Shown: one piece after another, positions 1-7,572 of the stretch | How the letters are laid out: every line of letters starts with the position of its first letter | Numbering within the stretch: position 1 is the stretch's first letter | Source: an uncultured Thermoplasmata archaeon | GTDB taxonomy: Archaea; Thermoplasmatota; Thermoplasmata; Lutacidiplasmatales; UBA184 | Length of the DNA: 64,000 bases | Direction of reading: 5' to 3' | Assembly (NCBI GenBank): GCA_963749235.1 | Contig: CAVVLV010000001.1 | Span: 410,989-474,988, forward strand | Position numbers and translations under genes: made by a program | The notes under the pieces: generated by a model | Databases searched by the model: none | What the model saw: the letters and a program-made list of their open reading frames with translations, nothing else | What the model was told of the DNA's origin: nothing

Positions 1-1
1 T

Positions 2-2188
2 ATCTCGTTTGACTGGCGGGACAACCGCATGTACGTTGCCAATGGAGGATCCGACAATGTGAGCGTTGTCGATGCGCGCATGAACGTGCCCCTTGCTTCT
101 ATCGCAGTCTCCTACGACCCCGTCGCGCTCTCTCAGAACAATGATACCGGGATTGTGTACGCTGCGGATTGGACGGCAGGCAATGTCGCGGTCATCAACG
201 AGAGTGTCTCGAAAACCGTCAGGTTCCTCGCCCTCAACCCTGGACCCGATCAGGTCACGTGGAACGGACTTACGGGGGAAGTAGACGCCACAACCTTCTA
301 CTCCGGCCAACTGGTTCAAGTCGATGGGTTTTCGGATCAGCTCGTATCCGCAAGCCCGGTATGGTACGCCCTTACGGGTATCGCCGTCGACTCTTCGAAT
401 GGACATGCGTACGTCGCGAGCGGTGCCCGAAGCGAGGTCTATGACGTCGATGGATCTGGTTCCATCCTCGGATTAGCCCCCGTCGGAGACTTCCCAATTG
501 CACTTGCGTACGACGGCACGAATGGTATGGTCTATTCGACCAGCTTGTACAACGACTCGGTATCTGTCATCAACAGCACGACCGATCACTTGGCGAGCAC
601 CATCTCTCTTGGCGGGGTCCTGGGAGCTAACCCCGCCGATATCGTCTTCGACTCAAGTTCCGGCTACCTCTTTATCGCAATGCACGGTTGCCTCTGCTTT
701 GGACCCGCGAACATCACGATACTCAACACGCGGACGAATCGGATAGTTGGCTCCATCCAAGACTGGGTGAATCCCGGGCCTAGTTCCATCGTGATCGACA
801 AACAGAATCGCGAACTCTACGTGACGGACGATTACTCCAACCTGCTTTGGGCGTTCAATCTGTCCACGGACAACCTGACGTCGTTGACACCCGTTGGCCT
901 TGCCCCAGAAGGAGCTGCTCTGGACCCGCTCAACGGGTACCTCTATGTCACCAACAGCGGTTCCAACAACGTGAGTGTAGTCAATACATCGACTAACTCC
1001 GTTCTAGGTTCCATTAATGTGGGCTCGGATCCATTCGGAGTGACATTTGACCCGCTGAGTAGAGATATCCTCGTCGCCAACGAGGGCTCGGGGACGCTCT
1101 CGATCATCAGCGGAGCGTACGCTCCGGTCGCGACATTCACCGAGTCAGGACTGCCTACGGGCACGGAATGGTGGGTCAATGCGACCGATGAATCGTCGGC
1201 AAATTCGACGGGGACGACCATTAGCCTAACTCTCGCGGACGGGTCATACCCCTACACAGTAGCCTCCGCCAACAAGCAGTTTCAGGCGACCGGGGGCACG
1301 TTGATCCTGAGCGGAGCCATTGCATCGGTGTCGGTAGTGTTCACCGAGCTGGCCCACGAAGTGACGTTCACCGAAACCGGCCTTCCCGCCGGAACCCCAT
1401 GGGAGGTCTCGCTCAACGGAACACCGCTTACGTCGACCTCCCCGTGGATCAATTTCACGGAGGTCGCGGGTTCCTACCCGTTCATCGTGGGTGGCCTGTT
1501 CTGGTACGACTCCACACCAACCACGGGGGAGGTCTCGGTCGTGGCTTCTAACCAATCGATTCAGATCGCGTTTTCCCTCGTTCTCGACCAGTTCCTCATC
1601 GGTGAGTCGAACTTGCCTTCGGACACGAATTGGTCCATGACGCTCGGCCAGACAACGGAGTGGTCGACCCAACCCTGGCTCGAATTCAACGTGACCAATG
1701 GGACCTACAACTACTCGATCCGGTCCGTCGACGGGTACGCGGTCACATTCCTGACGCACTCGGACTCCGACGCTGTTGAGTTTCGACTCGCTACGACCGA
1801 TACATACTCCGGTCAACTTCAGATCTACACTCGATGGGTGAACGCGACACTAGAGTTCATGAAAGAACCTAGCACCAGTGGGACTGGCGGTCTGTTGGGA
1901 CTCTCCGAGGTCGATTGGGCCGGTATCATCGTCCTGGTCACGGTCGTTGCAATCGTGGGAGTGATCGCATACCGCAGGTCACGACACCCCGTGCATGCTC
2001 CCGTGTCACCCCCCCCCCCCGCCCGCAGACAAGTAGCCGCGCATACCTTCGGCGCGGGTACTCCCCCCTCGCTCCTCTCCGGGGTCCCTCCACCAATGAC
2101 TGGCGCAAGGCGGCGTGGTTCCACGCGCGGTTCGGGATCACGGTTGGACAGTTACGACTCGCTGCACCATTGGCGGAGTATAGGGTAG
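2..2188 (+). CDS. YVTN-family beta-propeller repeat cell-surface protein (5' partial; reading frame open to window start), C-terminal TM anchor + RRSR + Pro-rich tail
   Basis: Repeated ~40-aa units of the type 'YVTNsGSnNVSVvd' throughout; C-terminal hydrophobic helix GIIVLVTVVAIVGVIAY followed by RRSRH and a poly-Pro stretch encoded by a C12 homopolymer; no stop between position 2 and the first ATG at 29. Confidence 0.7.
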   Translation: MSFDWRDNRMYVANGGSDNVSVVDARMNVPLASIAVSYDPVALSQNNDTGIVYAADWTAGNVAVINESVSKTVRFLALNPGPDQVTWNGLTGEVDATTFYSGQLVQVDGFSDQLVSASPVWYALTGIAVDSSNGHAYVASGARSEVYDVDGSGSILGLAPVGDFPIALAYDGTNGMVYSTSLYNDSVSVINSTTDHLASTISLGGVLGANPADIVFDSSSGYLFIAMHGCLCFGPANITILNTRTNRIVGSIQDWVNPGPSSIVIDKQNRELYVTDDYSNLLWAFNLSTDNLTSLTPVGLAPEGAALDPLNGYLYVTNSGSNNVSVVNTSTNSVLGSINVGSDPFGVTFDPLSRDILVANEGSGTLSIISGAYAPVATFTESGLPTGTEWWVNATDESSANSTGTTISLTLADGSYPYTVASANKQFQATGGTLILSGAIASVSVVFTELAHEVTFTETGLPAGTPWEVSLNGTPLTSTSPWINFTEVAGSYPFIVGGLFWYDSTPTTGEVSVVASNQSIQIAFSLVLDQFLIGESNLPSDTNWSMTLGQTTEWSTQPWLEFNVTNGTYNYSIRSVDGYAVTFLTHSDSDAVEFRLATTDTYSGQLQIYTRWVNATLEFMKEPSTSGTGGLLGLSEVDWAGIIVLVTVVAIVGVIAYRRSRHPVHAPVSPPPPARRQVAAHTFGAGTPPSLLSGVPPPMTGARRRGSTRGSGSRLDSYDSLHHWRSIG
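2009..2020 (+). repeat. C12 homopolymer tract inside the cytoplasmic tail-coding region of the YVTN protein
   Basis: 12 consecutive C read directly in sequence (encodes PPPP); slippage-prone. Confidence 0.9.
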
Positions 2189-2245
2189 GAGGCCCGGCCG
2201 GGATTTTCTAAATGGGAGGATTTCGATACAATTATTGTCGTCGAA

Positions 2246-3862
2246 TTGAGTTACCTTGGGTTAGCAAAATCCGTTTTCACTCAGGGTTCTATCGTCTTGA
2301 AAGTGTATCCGCCGCCAAGGCGGATCATGAAGCCTCGGGTTAACCCAATCGGCCGCGCCATTATTTCGGTCGCGATTGCTGTGCTCTTTTTCGGTGGGCT
2401 GATGTACGCGACGGGCGACGCGATTGCGGGATCCGATGGGGGTTGCTACTGCCCCAATTGCGGCAGCTGCGGTCTGTGTCCCACAAACTACAACTTGTAC
2501 CCGGTTGCGGCGGCGGCATCAAATGAGACCAATGCGTCCATTACGTTCTATCTAAGCTCCTCGAGTGGGGAGCCCAACGGCGTCGCCAACGTCAACTTCG
2601 GTCTCAACACTTCTTACCTGTGGCCGGCTGCAACAACTGTCGGAGTAGGAGGGATGTTGTATCCAACGACAGTTTCTGTCGGATATCTTGCCCCGAACCT
2701 GACGTACGACTACAAGGTGAGCGCCTCAGCGAGCTGCACGGACACCAATGGCCACCACAACTATGCAGGGTCGACCATCGGGACCTGGACCGACAAGGCA
2801 AACACCATGGGCGCGGTGTCCGGCTACTTCACGAACACAACTGGTTCTCCGGCCCCTGTCGGATCGGTTGTGACACTCTACTGCTATTCTTCTAGCGGCG
2901 TCGCCATCGACAACAACTATGGATGGACGACAACGGCCGGGTATTACTCGCTCTACTTGCCTAGCTTTGCGGTAAATCGGTGCACCGGGGGTCTCGCATT
3001 GAACTTCTTCACGCAGAACAACAAGAACGGAAACAACTGGAACGGAAATTTCAATGTCACTTTCCTCGTTTACACGTACGGTGACTACAACATCGTCGTA
3101 CCGCAAATCTACGTCAGTCCGTACTACCCGATCGGGGTGGGACCCAGTAATGTGATGCAAACAAACGGTGCGGCTGGAAGTTACATCACGTATACTCAGG
3201 GGACGACGTTGACGACCAGCTCCACAACCTGCTGGCAGCTCTTCTGGCTGTTTACTGGGTGCGTTGCCTCCGCGACAAGCGCCGGAGCGAGCAAGAGTTA
3301 CTCAGCAGAAAACGAGAGCTTGAATGTGGACCAGCGCTTCTTAACCACGGGCACAATGGGCTTTGTTGCAATGACTAGAGCGACCAACATCTCTGTGGAT
3401 CGCTACGCGACTTTCGGGAATCCGCTTTCCCCTGGACCAGCCCCGATTCCCACCTTCATGACTCCTCAGAATTTTACGGAGTTCCACCTCTACTATGTGT
3501 CGGGCTGGGGTACAGGAGGACAGGGCCAGTTCATCCAGTACAAGTACCCTATTGGCGGCTCGGTCACGACGAGCACTGTCACTGAAACCGTGGGCGTGCA
3601 GTCGGTTGACTTCTCTATCGGTGTTGACATCTACGACGTAGATATTTCGACATCCGTGGCGGACGTAACATGGTCCCAAACTGCTACCGAGACCCAATCC
3701 AACACGCTCTCGTGGGAGGCGTTCGCGAATGGGTCGAACGGGGAATGCTTCGTGGTTTACGGGGAGGGGGGTTCTCAGTCATCTAACACCGCTGACGCCA
3801 TCGGGCTGTGGGCCTACACGCCGAACGGCGGGCCGGCAGGGTCAAATTGTCCTGACCCCTAG
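2246..3862 (+). CDS. Secreted/membrane-anchored hypothetical glycoprotein (N-terminal signal-anchor, Cys-rich CYCPNCGSCGLCP motif, carboxypeptidase-regulatory-like beta-sandwich segment)
   Basis: Hydrophobic N-terminus IISVAIAVLFFGGLMYA; many N-x-S/T sequons; AT-rich TATA-like region just upstream (2189-2245); no recognisable catalytic motifs. Confidence 0.55.
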   Translation: MSYLGLAKSVFTQGSIVLKVYPPPRRIMKPRVNPIGRAIISVAIAVLFFGGLMYATGDAIAGSDGGCYCPNCGSCGLCPTNYNLYPVAAAASNETNASITFYLSSSSGEPNGVANVNFGLNTSYLWPAATTVGVGGMLYPTTVSVGYLAPNLTYDYKVSASASCTDTNGHHNYAGSTIGTWTDKANTMGAVSGYFTNTTGSPAPVGSVVTLYCYSSSGVAIDNNYGWTTTAGYYSLYLPSFAVNRCTGGLALNFFTQNNKNGNNWNGNFNVTFLVYTYGDYNIVVPQIYVSPYYPIGVGPSNVMQTNGAAGSYITYTQGTTLTTSSTTCWQLFWLFTGCVASATSAGASKSYSAENESLNVDQRFLTTGTMGFVAMTRATNISVDRYATFGNPLSPGPAPIPTFMTPQNFTEFHLYYVSGWGTGGQGQFIQYKYPIGGSVTTSTVTETVGVQSVDFSIGVDIYDVDISTSVADVTWSQTATETQSNTLSWEAFANGSNGECFVVYGEGGSQSSNTADAIGLWAYTPNGGPAGSNCPDP

Positions 3863-3888
3863 AACTCCGGGGGCGTGACGCCCGGGGC

Positions 3889-5205
3889 GTGCCGATGGGT
3901 AGCGGAGAACCAAACCAGCCGAGACGGCGAGCCGCGTTCGCAGGCTTGGTGGTCGGGATTGTCGTTGCAAGTGGAGTCTTCGCAGGATGGGCGGTCACCC
4001 GACCGAACGCCACAGCCAGCCCTCCAGTGATTGACGACGGGCCTACGCTGTATGGCGCCCTACGCGCCATCAATGAGTCCGTACGCAATCAACTAGGTGG
4101 CCCTTGGACGCTGTACGGGGTTTGGGGAATCGCTACTCCACTACCGTTCAGCCCGACATCGATTCCTTGGCCTCGGATCAACGAGAGTGTCAACTCCTGC
4201 AGCGCTGAGTTTCCCGGAGTTACCCTTTGGAACTCCACGATCCCACTGTTTAACGGGACTTTCAACTCCGGGACGGCCCCGTTTTGGCAGTTCGTCTTCT
4301 TCTCCAACGCAAGCCATAGCATCGAGGTAGCAACCGATGTCCTCGGGACCGCTCACGTCTACGCACCCATGCCGTACAACAGCACGTGCGCGGAGTCGAC
4401 CTGGCTTTCTACCGCGTCTCCCTGGAACTGGGCTCTAATGTTGACCAGCTTTCCAGTCGATTCCTCGGTTGCCGCCAAGACGGCGTGGGCCGCAGGCGGA
4501 TCGGAGTGGACGTCGAACAATCCGGGAGGGTACGTGACGTATTACTACGGATTCGCCTACTGGGGCTCGGGCAACCTTATCGGGAACACCGTCAAGTATT
4601 CGCGATGTGGGATCGTCGGTTTCGCCGCCGTTCAACCCGTTCAGATGTTCATTACGAACCCGGGCGGGTCTCTAATTCAGAACTTCAACGGAACTCAAGG
4701 GTGCGGGAATGTGTACCGCCTGGACCCCACGATTTACGCTCCCTACGTGGTCGATTTTTCGATACCGAAAAGTTCCGGCGCAGACGCCTCGACCTGGGTA
4801 AACATGACCCTTGGTTTGACCTCCCCTCCGCTCGACAACACTTTTCCAGCCACGTACGACGCGGGCGGCTTGGTCACATGGATGGTCGCGCTTAACCTCA
4901 CCAACGCCGGTAGTTCTGCGCTGGGGACGGGGGCTCCGGGATGCTCACAATGGGTTTCGAATCTCAGTTCGTGCTCGGGGAACGCCACGGGTTGGTTTGC
5001 GGTTCTTACTTCCGCGAGCGGGGAGTGGCTCGACAGCTTCGGCACTACCTTGCACGGCTCGGCCTGGGTGATCCCTAACGCCGCATTCGTCTCTCAACAA
5101 CACATCACCATCGTTATCCCGAGTTCGTGGAACGTAACCGGAGACTCTCTGAGCATTTCGAGCACCACACAAAACGTCACGGCCAGCGGCTCCGCGAATC
5201 TGTAA
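3889..5205 (+). CDS. Secreted hypothetical glycoprotein with N-terminal signal-anchor
   Basis: N-terminal TM LVVGIVVASGVFAGWAV; dense N-x-S/T sequons; same orientation and compositional style as the upstream surface protein. Confidence 0.55.
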   Translation: MPMGSGEPNQPRRRAAFAGLVVGIVVASGVFAGWAVTRPNATASPPVIDDGPTLYGALRAINESVRNQLGGPWTLYGVWGIATPLPFSPTSIPWPRINESVNSCSAEFPGVTLWNSTIPLFNGTFNSGTAPFWQFVFFSNASHSIEVATDVLGTAHVYAPMPYNSTCAESTWLSTASPWNWALMLTSFPVDSSVAAKTAWAAGGSEWTSNNPGGYVTYYYGFAYWGSGNLIGNTVKYSRCGIVGFAAVQPVQMFITNPGGSLIQNFNGTQGCGNVYRLDPTIYAPYVVDFSIPKSSGADASTWVNMTLGLTSPPLDNTFPATYDAGGLVTWMVALNLTNAGSSALGTGAPGCSQWVSNLSSCSGNATGWFAVLTSASGEWLDSFGTTLHGSAWVIPNAAFVSQQHITIVIPSSWNVTGDSLSISSTTQNVTASGSANL

Positions 5206-5328
5206 GTGCCAGACCCGCCCGTGGTCGGGGCCTTCCCCGCTCGCTCCGCTCGCGGGTCCGCCCCGCGCCGGGATTGTTATCACGGTGAACGGATTTCACG
5301 GCTGACGCGGAAATCGACGCATGACGTC

Positions 5329-5336
5329 CTTTGACC
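5329..5336. repeat. 8-bp target-site duplication (CTTTGACC), left copy, of the IS66-family element
   Basis: Identical octamer at 6990-6997 immediately outside both terminal inverted repeats. Confidence 0.8.
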
Positions 5337-6989
5337 GTAACTGTTCACGCGGTTGAGCGCGCCCTCGAAGGCTGACCGCTCAGGATCCGGGTCAGTGCGC
5401 TCGTGATGACCTGCAGGAACTCCTGCCCCTTCCGCTTCGTCGTCTCGTGCACGCTCTTGAGACGAGCGTAGGTCCGGGCGCCTACCGCGCTCCGCATCCC
5501 GCCGCTCATCTTCCGCTTCACGCAGATCGAGCGGATGGCTCGCTCCCCGGCGTTGTTGTGCCATGGGATCCGAGCATCCCGCACGAACTCGAAGAGGTGC
5601 GACATCCGCTTCACCAGGTTCCGCGAGATCCGCGCCACATCCTCGTCCTTCGAACTCGGGTCGCACCAGCGACGGATCCGGCGTTCGTAGGCGCGGGCCT
5701 TCTTCTCCCTCGCGTGGAGCGCTGAGGCCGGGGTCTTCTCGGACCACTCCACCGCCGAGCGCACCAGCGCTCTCAGTCGATGAGCGAATCGAAGGAAGGT
5801 GGTCGGTGGGTGCCCGCGCCGCTCGTAATGCGGTGGCGATAGGTCGCGCGGACCTCGAGGGCGGATGCCATGCGCGACCTCCACCGCCTGGAGATGACGG
5901 TTGATGTGGATCCAGCAGACCCCTCGCTTCCCGTTGAGGCAGTTGTAGGCGCACCAGTCGTCGGAGACCACCGTGCCGGGGAAGTCCCGACCCAGCACCC
6001 GTTCCACGACATCCTGCCCCCGACTCGGGTCGAGCTCGTAGTAGGCGGCGAGCTCCGAGGCGAACGACCAGGCCCACCAGTTCGCGCCCCCCACTCGGAG
6101 CGAGGTCTCGTCGGGTTGCACGAGGTGCGCCGAGCGCACCTCCTCGCGGATCGCCGCGTACTCCGGCCCCAGCTGCTCCGCGGTGAACTCCAACAGCCCC
6201 TGGATCTCCCCGACACTCACCGAGAGGCCGGCCATCGTGAGGAACACCTCCTGGATGCGGCGCACGGGGAGCCCCATCATCGACAGGAGGACCACCATGC
6301 TCGCGAGGCGCGGGCCGAACTGGCGGCCCGGGAGCGCCTGGTCGGTCGTTCCCTGCACGTAGCGATGGCACCGTCGGCACCAGTAGCGGTGGACGAGGAT
6401 CCTCAGGACGAACAGGTAGGCCGGGACCAACTCGGTGACAAACCGCTCGTAGGAGTCCGATGGGTCGTCGAGCTTCTTCCCACACTCCGGACAGCGGTCG
6501 AGCGTCAGGTCTAGGGTCTCGTCCACATGGTCGGGTCGCGGACGGACGTGAGGAGCGTGGCCGGGTTGACCCCCCGGATGCCGGCCCTTGGGACGAGGCT
6601 CGGCGGGAGCGGGCATCGAGGGTCGGTCGACCTGCTTGGAGGGAGGGGTGGCGACCTTCAGCGAGGCGAGATGACGCTTGAGCCGATCCAGCTCACGTTC
6701 TCGCTCTCCGAGCTCCCGCTCCCGTTCTTCGAGCTTCCGACGGAGCTCGCGGTTCTCACGGCGGAACTCATCGCGTTCGGCCTCGAGCCGCTCGAGGCGC
6801 CGGAGGATCTCTTGGCGTTGCTTCTGGTCGAGGGTGATCGGTCCTTCGTCCTCGGGAGCGAGAAGGAGGCGGGGGTCCCGAGCGGCCATGAGGTCCTCGG
6901 GCGACCGGTGAACGGCTCGCTAGATTTCAGTACTTTCTATGAACGCGCACGCGCGCGCGTTCGGCCTGCTCAATTCGGTGAACTGATAC
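5337..6989 (-). mobile_element. IS66-family insertion sequence, single-ORF (ISBst12-like) type, 1653 bp, intact
   Basis: Imperfect ~27-bp terminal inverted repeats beginning GTAA (left GTAACTGTTCACGCGGTTGAGCGCGC; right reverse-complement GTATCAGTTCACCGAATTGAGCAGGC); flanked by perfect 8-bp direct repeats; 8-bp TSD and GTAA termini are IS66 hallmarks. Confidence 0.8.
5345..6889 (-). CDS. IS66-family transposase (514 aa) with N-terminal leucine-zipper/coiled coil and CxxC zinc-finger
   Basis: Coiled-coil ERLEAERDEFRRENRELRRKLEE; CPECGKKL...CRRCHRY zinc finger; conserved IS66 TnpC blocks (DETslrV, WAwsF, DdWcaY, HnNaaERaiR). Confidence 0.85.
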   Translation of the reverse strand: MAARDPRLLLAPEDEGPITLDQKQRQEILRRLERLEAERDEFRRENRELRRKLEERERELGERERELDRLKRHLASLKVATPPSKQVDRPSMPAPAEPRPKGRHPGGQPGHAPHVRPRPDHVDETLDLTLDRCPECGKKLDDPSDSYERFVTELVPAYLFVLRILVHRYWCRRCHRYVQGTTDQALPGRQFGPRLASMVVLLSMMGLPVRRIQEVFLTMAGLSVSVGEIQGLLEFTAEQLGPEYAAIREEVRSAHLVQPDETSLRVGGANWWAWSFASELAAYYELDPSRGQDVVERVLGRDFPGTVVSDDWCAYNCLNGKRGVCWIHINRHLQAVEVAHGIRPRGPRDLSPPHYERRGHPPTTFLRFAHRLRALVRSAVEWSEKTPASALHAREKKARAYERRIRRWCDPSSKDEDVARISRNLVKRMSHLFEFVRDARIPWHNNAGERAIRSICVKRKMSGGMRSAVGARTYARLKSVHETTKRKGQEFLQVITSALTRILSGQPSRARSTA

Positions 6990-6997
6990 CTTTGACC
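6990..6997. repeat. 8-bp target-site duplication (CTTTGACC), right copy
   Basis: Matches 5329-5336 exactly. Confidence 0.8.
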
Positions 6998-7029
6998 TAT
7001 CCTCGGTCTCATCACTGCACTATCGCAAC

Positions 7030-7521
7030 ATGAATCGGCCAGCGCGCTGGGCTGGCGTCGGATTTTTCCTGTTCTTCGCCATCCTCATCGCTTGGCAGCT
7101 CGCAGTCCACGGCTTCGAACCGATCCTTCTGGCCCTTGTCGCCGGGGACGCGTTCCTGGTTTGGTTCGTGATGTACTACACTGCTCCCGGCCCGGTCGAA
7201 CTACGGCAGGCCGAGTCGGGTTTCGAGTTTGTCTACGCGGGGGGCCGGGCACGCCAAGTCGCGATTAAGGGGGCCCAGCTACACTTCAAGCTGGTCGAGC
7301 GCGTCTTGAAACCGAACCCTGGTCGATTTGAGAAGGCCATCGACGACGCTCGCTACTTCGCGGTGGTGGGAGTCGACCGAATTGCCCTAACCCCGGAAGC
7401 GTTCGAATTCCTTGCTGGAAGCATCCTGCGTGCAGGCTACGCTACGCGGACCCGAATCAAGCCGAACCCCCCAGTGGGTTTTTGGCACATCCAGGAGTTC
7501 GATCGCGCGAAATCCAGCTGA
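7030..7521 (+). CDS. Small membrane protein: two N-terminal TM helices + cytoplasmic beta-rich (bacterial-PH-like) domain
   Basis: Hydrophobic segments VGFFLFFAILIAWQLAV and ILLALVAGDAFLVWFVMYY; no enzymatic motifs; the family call is inference. Confidence 0.45.
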   Translation: MNRPARWAGVGFFLFFAILIAWQLAVHGFEPILLALVAGDAFLVWFVMYYTAPGPVELRQAESGFEFVYAGGRARQVAIKGAQLHFKLVERVLKPNPGRFEKAIDDARYFAVVGVDRIALTPEAFEFLAGSILRAGYATRTRIKPNPPVGFWHIQEFDRAKSS

Positions 7522-7572
7522 GTTTTGCTCCGCCTCTGGATCAGACTTCCCAATCTTTCACCACCCCCTTTC

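Noticed and set aside
5280-6485. 401-aa ORF overlapping the IS66 transposase in another frame
   Set aside because: Low-complexity Pro/Arg/Gly-rich; the transposase frame carries all conserved motifs.
6678-6911. Apparent SR-repeat protein (SRSSSRSRSPSSRSRSS...)
   Set aside because: It is the antisense translation of the transposase coiled-coil (ERERELGERE...). It is not a DNA tandem repeat and not a real gene.
5287-6920. Direct GGTGAACGG motifs near both ends of the IS region, considered as alternative IS boundaries
   Set aside because: The GTAA-led inverted repeats with perfect 8-bp TSD give a cleaner, family-consistent boundary.
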